The notes beneath the pieces are model-generated. The model did not search any database. It was not told the DNA's origin and saw only the letters and a list, made by a program, of their open reading frames with translations. From an uncultured virus (IMG/VR IMGVR_UViG_3300021976_000009) (taxonomy: Duplodnaviria > Heunggongvirae > Uroviricota > Caudoviricetes), in the IMG/VR virus record IMGVR_UViG_3300021976_000009: DNA of 64,000 nucleotides; one strand, written 5' to 3'. Every line of letters starts with the position of its first letter. The stretch's first letter is position 1. The position numbers were made by a program, and so were the translations under genes. Of the stretch, positions 32,801 through 42,005 are shown piece by piece.

Positions 32801-32958
32801 ATACAACCGTTAATCAGATACAAATCGCTGAAGGTTTTCAAATTCCTGCGGATACTTGGTCAATAGCCTGTCGAATATGGAATGGTACAAGTTTCATTTA
32901 TGAAACTCAGGTAGCTGTCTTCCTACCTGGACCAGAAGAAGACGAAATTGAAAGTTAA
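29833..32958 (+). CDS. Tail hub/central tail tip protein
   Basis: 1041 aa; N-terminal S.SF.LDD..G...LF.G...WPMIFG pattern; Pro-rich linker. Confidence 0.65.
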   Translation: MARNLTQAVRDHLNTGEAIDPLMIVGISFYPGQESLYADRDIGATIKGQILEFGQLETITRLDGNGSSSSISFTLDDNEGHILWILKNTDVLYNKVTVYQHFYATSLTSMIPLFEGVLATPIEWDEGTRTVRLTAITRQSNYQVGFALDESTVPVFHESLLDKVWPMIFGSPRYTPVLNLQEIPTGILVNPIYLTDPSFPFRVQELSDQMEAVRKEVFVGHDYTEENKILDNIYRSLNLDFGHHPGESSDTPKAGLTMWVRSILIPMPSRFAEVSDKLLRVVDEDFNNYLNWYRDQQFRLRTLKEERVFTIAQWNIQRSRESTTNYIIGGYKFPPGRYLCKINEEIFYITFWPNTQGLHEDSAANVRIEPVLPAYTYTAGQGIAGSRFIQAGAQVELLDDFPGGYHHVASITPGTVEGVYAYQTINGFKRLARVPDQYWTTRTEVKGGYTITYIVTTRPLATAAYFENLSTQMAEDTLARVRNLPPSNEPLKVQNKIEWDNEIFVNFVSTIGPNTVDIIIWLIQHYTTYTYDHASFSSVWNAVNPFPANFALLERPNVDELIEDIAYQSRCAIWIKNGIYYIKYLPATPTITETIADGDIIFGSLKIKASDTNDLITKYVATWKPDGLSEDATIVVKNNVEKFGVLEDSYSFYIYDNYNTVLKSATFWLIRKSNIWKIVEVNCFLTKLSIETLDDINLDLAAPYVTNAPGGVACQVESAQYDSATNSILLELWTGIKFGSMDVYPFSRPADSAINLQFPLPSDHYRGDLPQIPFEDTAPDIPKFNASQPNPPPKIELVQRHLFVTYVIGDEPSTKGDTYPSDQKTTINYQSRPLSPKIVPARATRPADNYVYNKPPVPLPTPKITTPPPVERDLIGAGVGTGSGEGEGGGTGIPGQVISRGTNGTLWNVNVYLDGPGLAPTLLEAVELHNDSELIGLETEWVTIFKSIIDEITRYWFYTAHTAILPVKMANNIVGEIYPRGKDIPEVAWNTTVNQIQIAEGFQIPADTWSIACRIWNGTSFIYETQVAVFLPGPEEDEIES

Positions 32959-32969
32959 AGGATATTAAT

Positions 32970-34004
32970 ATGGCTGAGTACACAGATGAAAACCCTTACT
33001 TACCTCCTAACCAGTTAGATGGTACAGATGATCCTGTAAAACGGGTAAGTGGTCCCCGTAAATATAGTCCAATTTACAGTGGATCATCGGAATCAATTAC
33101 TGAGAAATTTTTTATATCTAATAGAGAAGAAGACCCTTGGAGTATTGCGGAAAAAGTACCTTATCAACCTCTCTCGTTACAAAATAAGTCAGAGAAATGG
33201 ATGCATTTAGATTTTCGATATCATAATGGTATTGTGCCTCCGGCTTCAAGTTTTTTATCAGATCGTGCTTTCGTTGGAACATATAACAGTCGCCCATTTC
33301 TTGCTGGTAAAAAAATATATGTTAAGGAAATTAAACGCGATACACCAATAACTTATGTATGGCCTGGTGATGAAATGGTTTGGTCAGTTGATGTATGGAA
33401 TAGGAATTTGCAAAATACTTTTTGCCGATTTCTCTTTTGTAAAATACATCCGATAACATTTACAATAACTCTTGGCGATGATGGTAAATTATCTGGTACA
33501 ATGACACCAATTATCCATGAGTTACAACCTCTCCAATCAGCGGTTTTAAATCTTTATGGGTCCTCCGGTTGGTATCCTAATGATCATCCAAATACAAGTA
33601 TTGCAAGAGCAAATATTGAAACAATACAACCTGAACTTATTTGGGAAACTAGAACAGATGTTACACCTATCCGACGTTATTTAAAAATGTACACTCCACT
33701 AGTTCCAAGAGAACCACAATATCAAACTGGTATTTTCTATCAAGGTGAAGTATTTAATCATTGGATTAAGTCTAGAACTTTTCATAATATACGACCTTGT
33801 TTAGCAACTGGTGGTATTAGTCCTAGTACAGGTGACAGTGTAACGGAAACTGTAGCTAATCAAGAAATTAAATGTTACATGCAACTTTTTGTTTATCTAT
33901 TAGATAAAAAGCCTACTACCAATTTGGTAGGCTATAGTGTCCATGATGCTACTCCCTGGACAGAATATTTAACTACCGGAGTATATTACATTTGGACAAA
34001 TTAA
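32970..34004 (+). CDS. Hypothetical tail-associated protein (AT-rich)
   Basis: Last gene of the virion operon; RBS AAGGA. Confidence 0.6.
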   Translation: MAEYTDENPYLPPNQLDGTDDPVKRVSGPRKYSPIYSGSSESITEKFFISNREEDPWSIAEKVPYQPLSLQNKSEKWMHLDFRYHNGIVPPASSFLSDRAFVGTYNSRPFLAGKKIYVKEIKRDTPITYVWPGDEMVWSVDVWNRNLQNTFCRFLFCKIHPITFTITLGDDGKLSGTMTPIIHELQPLQSAVLNLYGSSGWYPNDHPNTSIARANIETIQPELIWETRTDVTPIRRYLKMYTPLVPREPQYQTGIFYQGEVFNHWIKSRTFHNIRPCLATGGISPSTGDSVTETVANQEIKCYMQLFVYLLDKKPTTNLVGYSVHDATPWTEYLTTGVYYIWTN

Positions 34005-34648
34005 GTGAATATCATCCGTTTGTTAAGGGCGTACATTTGCTTACGGTACACATCCACTACCGTTGCCGCGTCAGCAAGTGCGGTACGTTGCTTCCCATAG
34101 TTATGATCAATTTTCAGTAAGTTAGCGAGATAGACTAAGTTTGTCTTGGCATAGGGAAATTCCGGTTCTGCTCGGAAATCTGACATATCGTTCATATGTT
34201 TAGCGACAACCATCGTGTCTCTCAATTCCATATCATTGAAATAACTCTCATAGAGAAGATCGCCAAGCCACATTCGCATGAACCTTGAAATGAATGAGAA
34301 GTGATGGGCGACCGGAGCAATGCCCTTTTTGCCAAGTCCCTGCCGTTCAACCCATATCCGTAAGATTTCTTGGGCAGTCTCCCTGTCCAAACCAGTGTCG
34401 ATAGCATCCTTGACACGATGAGCATTTGCCATTTTCTCGGCACCTGTCCAATCAATTTTATTAACACGTTCCGGACGTATTTTGAGATCAAGCCATTTCC
34501 GGTCCTGATCACGTTCAAATTTGGCATTGATCGGGATGATCGCTAGCTCATAGATTTCATGCAACTCAAAAGATAATCCTGTTGTTTTGATATTGATGGC
34601 ACACAACAGGTTCTTGTTCAAATGCGCAAGGCTGAATTTGGCAACCAT
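34001..34648 (-). CDS. DnaQ/DEDDh-fold protein with substituted catalytic residues
   Basis: INIKTTGL...EIYELA, VAHHFSFI, LRDTM, RTALADA. Confidence 0.75.
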   Translation of the reverse strand: MVAKFSLAHLNKNLLCAINIKTTGLSFELHEIYELAIIPINAKFERDQDRKWLDLKIRPERVNKIDWTGAEKMANAHRVKDAIDTGLDRETAQEILRIWVERQGLGKKGIAPVAHHFSFISRFMRMWLGDLLYESYFNDMELRDTMVVAKHMNDMSDFRAEPEFPYAKTNLVYLANLLKIDHNYGKQRTALADAATVVDVYRKQMYALNKRMIFT

Positions 34649-35074
34649 TTAATCATTTTCCTTGATAGGAGGGGTGAGAGTGAGTGAATCTAATAGAGTA
34701 AAGCCGGGTTTGATACCTTCCCGGGTAGGTTTCACATGGCGATGATTGATTATGAACGACGGATCATTTGTGAATTGAGTAAAACCCAATTTCAATAATC
34801 CGGCGGCAAATTGCCTATTCTGAACGCACTCCACGATAACGGGAGTTAACTTATACTCTAGAGTAAGATGAAGCATCAGCCGCTTGAAAGCTCCCGTTCC
34901 AGGTTTTTTAGCTTCTAATCTTGCTAACTGGATTGTTTTGGTACGATAAAGGCTATTGTTCAATGCCCAGACATATCCACTATATCGAACATATAATTGT
35001 TTGAAGTCGGGATGTTTGACAAAGGCATTAGGACGATCACTGGCTAGAAACTGGTCGAGGGTCAGAAGTTTCAT
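34649..35074 (-). CDS. Hypothetical protein, GNAT-like C-half
   Basis: PGTGAFKRLM, VECV.N, L.KLGF. Confidence 0.45.
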   Translation of the reverse strand: MKLLTLDQFLASDRPNAFVKHPDFKQLYVRYSGYVWALNNSLYRTKTIQLARLEAKKPGTGAFKRLMLHLTLEYKLTPVIVECVQNRQFAAGLLKLGFTQFTNDPSFIINHRHVKPTREGIKPGFTLLDSLTLTPPIKEND

Positions 35075-35660
35075 TGATCTTGTTTCCTGAAAAGAGTTGA
35101 TGGCAAACCTGTTTCGCTTTGTCACTCAAATCCTCTTTAGTCCCATCGTTCATAACGATAAGATTCCAACTGAGATAGTGAGCTAATTTGTCGTCAACTG
35201 AAACTCCTTCTCGGTTAGGAATTTTGGGATTTACTATTTTGATTGTGAAATCACAATAAGGTATTTCGACAGGGAAACGGGTATCTCCATTAATGATCAC
35301 GTCCACATCAGTATTATTGTGCTTTACCCATTCCACCCATGTTAAATCCCAGACATGATCTCGAACTCCGTAAGAACCAAACTTGATCCAAATCTCCACC
35401 GGAGTTAGACCTATACATGGTAACTTGATATTGCGTAATTTTCTACCTTCATCAGTTTCGTAAAATTCCGGTTCGCGAAGTCCCAAATGTTTATAAAGTT
35501 GAAAGCAAGCATCTTTAAGTTTCCAGGCCCAGGAGAGTTTCCGTATTTTCAATCCATGTAATGTATCTTTAAACAAATTGTTAAAGTGTTCAACGAAAAA
35601 ATTGGCAAAGGTATCCTTACCGTGCCCGCTCCGATGTCCTACTCCAATTATGTACGTCAT
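35037..35660 (-). CDS. Deoxynucleoside monophosphate kinase
   Basis: IIGVGHRSGHGKDT (P-loop), SWAWKLK, DTRFPVE, I.NDGT. Confidence 0.85.
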   Translation of the reverse strand: MTYIIGVGHRSGHGKDTFANFFVEHFNNLFKDTLHGLKIRKLSWAWKLKDACFQLYKHLGLREPEFYETDEGRKLRNIKLPCIGLTPVEIWIKFGSYGVRDHVWDLTWVEWVKHNNTDVDVIINGDTRFPVEIPYCDFTIKIVNPKIPNREGVSVDDKLAHYLSWNLIVMNDGTKEDLSDKAKQVCHQLFSGNKINETSDPRPVSSQ

Positions 35661-35796
35661 TTTTCTTCTCCGGGGCTCCATATTCCCAGCCCTGCCGAGC
35701 CGTGCAGGACAATATGAACAAAAGGATTAGAATAATAATGAAGCCGAAACAGCCGCAACCATTGGTATCTGTTTCAGCTTTGTAATACCCATTCAT
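35617..35796 (-). CDS. Small membrane protein (59 aa), not in the ORF track
   Basis: MNGYYKAETDTNGCGCFGFIIILILLFILSC...; ATGA overlap with the upstream gene. Confidence 0.5.
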   Translation of the reverse strand: MNGYYKAETDTNGCGCFGFIIILILLFILSCTARQGWEYGAPEKKNDVHNWSRTSERAR

Positions 35797-36179
35797 AGCG
35801 TTTTTACTTTCTTATCAAACTCTTGGTTAAGATAATTTGCCCACGACTCTATTAGATTTTGTGCCTTCTCGAAAGAAACTGTCTCAATCTCATGTGGTTG
35901 ATTCCTTTTTCCAATAGAGAATTCAACGATAGATGTTCGTACTTTGTAAAGTGAAACTCGAAGTTCATAAGGGTCATTGTTCCAATAGAGGAGAAGCGAG
36001 TCACCCATACGAGTTAACGTCGGGCAATACACTTCCTGGTTACACATCCCTGTGAAAAGTTGAATCGCGTTCATCATTGAATCACCCACCGTCCAATTGA
36101 GAGCTTCAAGAGCTTTCATGAACGGCATGGTCGTAAATTTGTTAAGTTGGCGGCAGGTCACCACATCCAATAACGGCAT
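35793..36179 (-). CDS. Hypothetical protein
   Basis: Operon packing. Confidence 0.65.
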   Translation of the reverse strand: MPLLDVVTCRQLNKFTTMPFMKALEALNWTVGDSMMNAIQLFTGMCNQEVYCPTLTRMGDSLLLYWNNDPYELRVSLYKVRTSIVEFSIGKRNQPHEIETVSFEKAQNLIESWANYLNQEFDKKVKTL

Positions 36180-36646
36180 TATTTTCCCTGTTTAGCAATG
36201 AACTCATCGCGAGCTTTACGAAAGTTCGCGATAACACCTCCTAGGGATAAGATAAGCTGTTCCGCTGTTTCCACTCGCTGTCGAAGATCAAGAGCTTCCT
36301 CAATCATGGCAATAGGTTTGCCTGTGTATTCACCATCCTTGATATGGCCCATTATCGCTGATGAAACACCTCCACTCATCCAGAGGAGACGATCATATGA
36401 CTCTTTTAAACTTGAACATTCATTGTGTCCAACGAAACGACGTGCAAAATTTCCATCGGAATAGATTAAAATGCGTTTGTCCTCAAATTTAACAATCCAT
36501 TCTCCTGTTCGTACATGCACATCTGCTTCTCGAATATAGAAAATGTCAGGGTTTGTTGTTGCCTCCAAATCTACTAGAGTTATCTTGATTGTTTCAATTG
36601 TCAATTGTTCTGCTTGAACTTCTTCAACGCGAGTGAAATATTTCAT
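36179..36646 (-). CDS. Hypothetical protein
   Basis: VQAEQ...GEWIVK...F...F motif common in phages; ATGA overlap. Confidence 0.65.
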   Translation of the reverse strand: MKYFTRVEEVQAEQLTIETIKITLVDLEATTNPDIFYIREADVHVRTGEWIVKFEDKRILIYSDGNFARRFVGHNECSSLKESYDRLLWMSGGVSSAIMGHIKDGEYTGKPIAMIEEALDLRQRVETAEQLILSLGGVIANFRKARDEFIAKQGK

Positions 36647-36849
36647 ACATAAAACTCCAATTCCCAATAAGGTCCTGTAGGTTCGCTGTCAATAATGGGC
36701 CATACACGTCTAAAAGCTTGTACAGGCCATTGACGTTGTAAAACTAAAGCAAGGGCTCGCCAACCCTCACCATGAAATCTAATCACTCTATTAGTTACTA
36801 ATACAATTTCAAAATTTGCTTCCTTTAGTAAATTTACATATTCGTTCAT
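36643..36849 (-). CDS. Hypothetical protein
   Basis: ATGA overlaps. Confidence 0.55.
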   Translation of the reverse strand: MNEYVNLLKEANFEIVLVTNRVIRFHGEGWRALALVLQRQWPVQAFRRVWPIIDSEPTGPYWELEFYV

Positions 36850-37058
36850 TTAGCGACTACTCCTTTCATTTTGATAGTTCCAATTGACCACTGTCCAGCA
36901 GTTTCCTCAATTTGAAGAAAACTGATACGTTCGGCATTGATACCGATGAAACGATTTTCACCATATCTAATGAATTGACTAAGTCCATACTCACGAGCAT
37001 AATCAAGTGTTGCTTTCTCTTTTGGAGAAAGTGAGAGTAGAATATCTCGAATACTCAT
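36846..37058 (-). CDS. Hypothetical protein
   Basis: Operon packing. Confidence 0.55.
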   Translation of the reverse strand: MSIRDILLSLSPKEKATLDYAREYGLSQFIRYGENRFIGINAERISFLQIEETAGQWSIGTIKMKGVVAK

Positions 37059-37093
37059 TAGAGTTACTTTCTGGGTTAGATAACCTAGGAGGA

Positions 37094-39820
37094 TTAAATC
37101 CTACGGCCATTTTGGAAAAACTTACCATCACGAACTGTGAGCTTGTGCTTGATAATTTCTCCTGGTGCTCTAGCAGCAAAATCAATATTACCGATATAAC
37201 GCTGATTATTTGCTGCGGCACCATAAGGAAACTTGGGCGGTATCTCATCCCTAACGCGGTGTTTTGTCCAGGAAACTTTCTCATCAACAGGGCCGAGCCA
37301 CTCAATAAAACGTTCGTAGAAATCGGTGTACTTGATCCACTCCCCGTCAACTTCATAGCACATCTCATCAATGAAACTCTCCAGGTAACTATAGTTCGCT
37401 CGGCTTGCCTGTTGCTTGATCTGTGTTGTGATAACTGGAATATTCAAGCGATCATTAGATGGTGGAACTTCTAACGTTAAGATCGCTTGAAGAAAATCAG
37501 GAGCTTCCGCCTGGAGCAACTCTAATAGATTTCGTTTGGGAATAAGTTCCAGGGGATCAATTGGAGCAACACTGATCATTGTAATACGGCTGTCACCCGG
37601 AAGTATCGGACAAGCGGAGTGATGATTCGCACATTGTATCCAGTGCGTACTATTGGGTATGGTATAAGGTGTCTTTGACTTAGGATGAACCAGGAACATC
37701 TTTGCTGTAACCCATTCCTTGATCCGATTGTACGCAAGTGATTTACCTCTACCTTTGCCAAGATCAACTTCCTCGATGACGCACAAGATCGCGGACGACA
37801 GTTCGCCATTGAAACTCGCCTCGCTAGTTAATGCGACCGATGCCGGTACAACAGCCCCTTGAGTAAGCAATAGGGAGATGGCTTCATGAAAGGAAGATTT
37901 TCCTGTATTCTGTTCCAATGAATAAAAGAAGAGATAGGGAAGTTGCTCCAGTGGGAATTGGAATAGAGAAGCTATCCAACACTTGAGATAGTCTGCTCCG
38001 GACAGAATGCCATTGTTCAAACACCAGGGATGTTGGACAATCTCCTCATTCAATCCCTCACCGAGATGGTCAAGTAACTTGATCCAGGTTGGATAATGTA
38101 GATTTTCCTTTTCCTTATCCTTGGATGGTTTGAAACGGAGTTGAGCCGCATTCCTATTCCAACAACGTCCTCCCGGATATTCGACCTGGAAAGGACGATT
38201 GACAAGGACCCATTGTTTCATGATGGCATTGCCCAACATCAGATCGACATCGGGACCAATATGGCCCTGACGCTTGACCGCTAGACGGACATGTACAAGT
38301 GGCTCCACTGACCAACTTTCCGCAACTTTGATCACCCACCCGGCGTCCTCATGGGCCTCATTGACAAGGTGACGGAGAGCCTCATCATGATCAGCTAACT
38401 CAGGTTCAGCAGGGGCCGTATTTCTAATAGAGAAAACTCGCTGCCATTTCTTCGGAGTTGCAATCCAATCGTCCATTTTATCGGAAGTATCACCAGGCTC
38501 TCTAGTGACTTCCATGATGATCTTACCATCTTTCCTTTGCTTGATAGAGGCTTCGCGACCAGCTAGATTAGCTGCCAAAGTGACTTCGGCTCCCAAGGCA
38601 ATGGCGGTATCCATCGCTGCCTTAGCATAGGAGAAAATGTATCCTCCGGTAGGCTTCTCCTTTCCACCGTAGGAGTTAGCCAATGTAGGGAGATCAGGGT
38701 CACGGTTAAGAAAACAACGAGTCCACCCGGCACCATCTTGGGACCAGGAAGAGTGCTCTGCAACTCCGGGCGTGAAACGGCGTACTGCCCAACTGCCCTT
38801 ACGTAGTGGAAAGCAGAAACAATTATGATCGGTGCCTCTTTCAGTGCCCGTAGAAATTGTTTCAAAAGGACCTCTCAAATCGAGATCGTTATGCATTTTC
38901 TTTAGAAACCAGGTATGGGTAACAAGCATATTGCGATCGGAATCCCAATACCAATAAGCCCCGTTAGAAGTAAGCCACTCAATATGGCTACGGTGTGAGG
39001 CGTCCAATTCTGCGTGTATTGACTTCGACGTAAGTTCATCAAAGAGGTCCTCCTGGTTACCAGAGCGTACCAACTCTGGTAGAGTTTTACGACGATCCCC
39101 TTTCACGACCGCGACATGATCTTTCCAATTAACCGGGATATCCTCGAAAATTGTGCCACTTTTGATAAGGAGAAGGCCATTGGTATTGATCATTTTGCGG
39201 TGCCAAACCCACATATTGCCACCGCAGATATCCACCTTGCTACTAAAATCGTATCCTACAAAAGCAGATAATTGACCAAGAATACTACGAGCCAGAGCAG
39301 AATGTTCATGGTGAGTATTAGTAGGAACTTCTGCAAGAAAGACGTAGAGATGTAATCCCCTTCCTGAAGTTGAATAGCGTATATTAATCCAGGGAACTCC
39401 TTGGAGAAGTTGCTCGATTTGCTTGAGTTCCTCCTGTGTAGACTTACGGGTATGACGTTCCGAATGTCCCATGATCGCATCAAAATCGAAAGCGACCCAA
39501 CGTGAAACTCTATTTTTCCAATCCCAACCCGTCATACCGATGCCTTCGGCATGAGCTGCGATATCAAAGGACATTGGAACATCAGTATATTCAGGATTAG
39601 TTCCTGCGTTTCTAGGGATACGGAACGGTTTCCATTCCGTATCCCCATCAGTCCAGGCCATATAAGTACGGCCATTAAACGTTGGATCAATACGTGTCCC
39701 GCCATCGGCGGCGACATTGACCTGGCACTCCATATCATGGCTATAGAGTTCTGCCAAATCCTTGTGCGTGCTCAAGGTAAGGAACGTCTTGATCGCTTCA
39801 GTACGAGTAGGTTGAGTCAT
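37094..39820 (-). CDS. Primase-helicase (AEP/prim-pol plus SF3 D5-like helicase)
   Basis: VAFDFD, STSGRGLHLY, QNTGKS (Walker A), VIEEV (Walker B), CANH (motif C). Confidence 0.88.
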   Translation of the reverse strand: MTQPTRTEAIKTFLTLSTHKDLAELYSHDMECQVNVAADGGTRIDPTFNGRTYMAWTDGDTEWKPFRIPRNAGTNPEYTDVPMSFDIAAHAEGIGMTGWDWKNRVSRWVAFDFDAIMGHSERHTRKSTQEELKQIEQLLQGVPWINIRYSTSGRGLHLYVFLAEVPTNTHHEHSALARSILGQLSAFVGYDFSSKVDICGGNMWVWHRKMINTNGLLLIKSGTIFEDIPVNWKDHVAVVKGDRRKTLPELVRSGNQEDLFDELTSKSIHAELDASHRSHIEWLTSNGAYWYWDSDRNMLVTHTWFLKKMHNDLDLRGPFETISTGTERGTDHNCFCFPLRKGSWAVRRFTPGVAEHSSWSQDGAGWTRCFLNRDPDLPTLANSYGGKEKPTGGYIFSYAKAAMDTAIALGAEVTLAANLAGREASIKQRKDGKIIMEVTREPGDTSDKMDDWIATPKKWQRVFSIRNTAPAEPELADHDEALRHLVNEAHEDAGWVIKVAESWSVEPLVHVRLAVKRQGHIGPDVDLMLGNAIMKQWVLVNRPFQVEYPGGRCWNRNAAQLRFKPSKDKEKENLHYPTWIKLLDHLGEGLNEEIVQHPWCLNNGILSGADYLKCWIASLFQFPLEQLPYLFFYSLEQNTGKSSFHEAISLLLTQGAVVPASVALTSEASFNGELSSAILCVIEEVDLGKGRGKSLAYNRIKEWVTAKMFLVHPKSKTPYTIPNSTHWIQCANHHSACPILPGDSRITMISVAPIDPLELIPKRNLLELLQAEAPDFLQAILTLEVPPSNDRLNIPVITTQIKQQASRANYSYLESFIDEMCYEVDGEWIKYTDFYERFIEWLGPVDEKVSWTKHRVRDEIPPKFPYGAAANNQRYIGNIDFAARAPGEIIKHKLTVRDGKFFQNGRRI

Positions 39821-39839
39821 CTTACTTTCCTTGAATCTA

Positions 39840-40025
39840 TTAGAGAAGTGTATCAACTGAAGCAACTAACTCGTCAAAAGCCAGATCGGCTTTCCTGCAT
39901 AGGTCCTCGAAACCTGTAAACTCCTTATCCAATCGTTTGTACTCTTTCATGTCGCGGCGTGCCCTAACATATGCCTTGGCGGCGGTAATGACTCGATCTT
40001 CTTTTTTGAAAAATTTAAAGAGCAT
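39840..40025 (-). CDS. Hypothetical protein
   Basis: Operon packing. Confidence 0.5.
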   Translation of the reverse strand: MLFKFFKKEDRVITAAKAYVRARRDMKEYKRLDKEFTGFEDLCRKADLAFDELVASVDTLL

Positions 40026-40581
40026 TGTACTTCTTCCATCTCCGTTTGAGGCGTCTTTTCGCTCGTGCAAAATCGACAATGATACGCTGATGATTGGTAT
40101 TCAACCGTTTAGCTATCTCCTTTTTAGGTAATCTTTCCAATATGTACATTGTCACTATCGCACTTTCATACTCATTGAGACCGATTAATAGATCACTAAA
40201 TCTATAAGAGTCGGGTTCAACTTCATATCCGTGATGATTATCGCTAATCGGATGACGATTCATGTGCTGAGCACGTTTGGCATCTTCTACTGTTGTTGCA
40301 AACTGAAAAGCTCGCTTTGGGATATGGAATGGACCTCGCCTAATCTTATACCACGTTAAATTTCGCTTAATATAATTTGCTGCATAAGCACCGAATGGAA
40401 TTTTTAAATCTTTATTGTAATTGATGCGAGCTTCGCATAATGCAAGATAAGCTTCTTGGAGAGCGTCCTCATCTTGAGTGAGGTAACGCTCTTTTAACAT
40501 CGTCCAAATTAGTCCGATGTTATCTTCAATTTGCTTATCCCATTCTAATTGTTCCTGGTGAGTTGTAGGTTCCTCATACAT
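40015..40581 (-). CDS. Sigma-70-family RNA polymerase sigma factor
   Basis: DNIGLI, DALQEAYLAL..A...Y, FGAYA...I (region 2); PKKEIAKRL (region 4). Confidence 0.85.
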   Translation of the reverse strand: MYEEPTTHQEQLEWDKQIEDNIGLIWTMLKERYLTQDEDALQEAYLALCEARINYNKDLKIPFGAYAANYIKRNLTWYKIRRGPFHIPKRAFQFATTVEDAKRAQHMNRHPISDNHHGYEVEPDSYRFSDLLIGLNEYESAIVTMYILERLPKKEIAKRLNTNHQRIIVDFARAKRRLKRRWKKYNAL

Positions 40582-40588
40582 GAGTACC

Positions 40589-41716
40589 TCACTCTAGTTT
40601 GGAAATGGACTCCCCGGCATAGAGGACACATTCCTCCAGCTTTTGGATGGCAAGAGACCGTTGAGCGTTATCAGGGCAACTTGCCCAAAGGATGGTAACA
40701 AGGGAGGAGGCCGCTTTTTGCACAGCGGTATTACGAGTAATCTCGCCCGGAGTCGGGGCTTTGTAGACGAAATAATCTATTGGAGCCGGCATACGATCCC
40801 TCACGTAGTTGAAACTATTACGATAGTTCTGATTGAATTGTTTGTTTCCAGCAATCCATGCGACCCTACCGCCAATGAAGATTTTGTCTCCCCATTGTTG
40901 GTATTTGATATCGCCGGTTCGCTTGGCTAAGTAGCCATATATCGGCAATATCAATAGATTGAGGTCAGGTGCTCCCGTAGTAAGTGTCATGTTCGTGGGC
41001 GGGTCAGCGTACACGAAAGATTGATTAGACTCTCGCCAATGTGTCTCCATGAGACCTTCACCAGCGAGTTTGATCGCGGGAAACACTTTGTCGTCATTGG
41101 AAACGACTTCCCACATCATCAAGGCTTCACAGGCCAATCCCACCATAAAAGGCTGTGGCACCCACGTTTTCGAGATGAACCATTGATCGAAATGACCATA
41201 GAGATTGCGGATGCGATCTAGAGTTTTCTTCTCCCGAACTTTACCTAGCGATTCAGCCACCAAATGAGCCATGATCGCATAGGCACATTCACGCGACCCA
41301 TTTGCACTGACAAGATAACTTCCATGACCAACGGAATCGAGATCGGTAGCATAGGACGAATTGTTAGAAAGCAGCATTACGGAATCTTTTGAGAACGTGT
41401 CTCCTGTTCGTCGAAAATCTTCCGCCAATCCTTGCGGAAATATCCAGTAGCCTGGCAATCGACCCTGGTTCGGTAGCAGATAAGTATCGCGATAAAGTTG
41501 AACAGAGACCTTGGCAGCATCCAGCCATTTGGCATCCTTGGTGTAATCGTAAATCTGATAGAAAACCCGAGCCCCATCATAGTAAACAGGATTGAAATCA
41601 GGATTAGGCTTACCACCCTTCCAATCGGTAAGAATTTTCTTTTGATTATTGGCATGCGTCAGTCCGAAACTGAGCATGTCCTTTTCCCACATTTTCTTAG
41701 CGTCGTCAAATGTCAT
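40589..41716 (-). CDS. Helical-barrel (glycosidase-like) protein with C-terminal Acb2/Tad1-like hairpin
   Basis: Repeats YDYTKDAKWLDAA, RRTGDTFSKD, KRTGDIKYQQWG; C-terminal F.Y.AP...CPD...RSLAIQKLEE. Confidence 0.6.
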   Translation of the reverse strand: MTFDDAKKMWEKDMLSFGLTHANNQKKILTDWKGGKPNPDFNPVYYDGARVFYQIYDYTKDAKWLDAAKVSVQLYRDTYLLPNQGRLPGYWIFPQGLAEDFRRTGDTFSKDSVMLLSNNSSYATDLDSVGHGSYLVSANGSRECAYAIMAHLVAESLGKVREKKTLDRIRNLYGHFDQWFISKTWVPQPFMVGLACEALMMWEVVSNDDKVFPAIKLAGEGLMETHWRESNQSFVYADPPTNMTLTTGAPDLNLLILPIYGYLAKRTGDIKYQQWGDKIFIGGRVAWIAGNKQFNQNYRNSFNYVRDRMPAPIDYFVYKAPTPGEITRNTAVQKAASSLVTILWASCPDNAQRSLAIQKLEECVLYAGESISKLE

Positions 41717-41946
41717 TTTACCCTCGGCTTGTCTTGATGTTTTTCGAGACGGTCAGCACACTCACGCATCGCTCTGACGACATCTTCACGGTTGCCATTG
41801 GAAATATATTGCATTTCACTGTGATCATCGCATATCAGTAAAGCGAAAAACGTATTTCTATCAGGAAGACGTTCCTGTATTCCTTCAGCAACCCATTGCA
41901 TGAACGTTTTCAGTTCTCTATCATTCATTAGATGAAGAGGTTTCAT
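41713..41946 (-). CDS. Hypothetical protein
   Basis: FALL...YISN..R.D...AMRE motif. Confidence 0.6.
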   Translation of the reverse strand: MKPLHLMNDRELKTFMQWVAEGIQERLPDRNTFFALLICDDHSEMQYISNGNREDVVRAMRECADRLEKHQDKPRVK

Positions 41947-42005
41947 GTTACTTTTACTTAAAAATGAGCCATCCGTGGCTCTTAGGGCTGGCTCTAATAG
42001 AGAAA

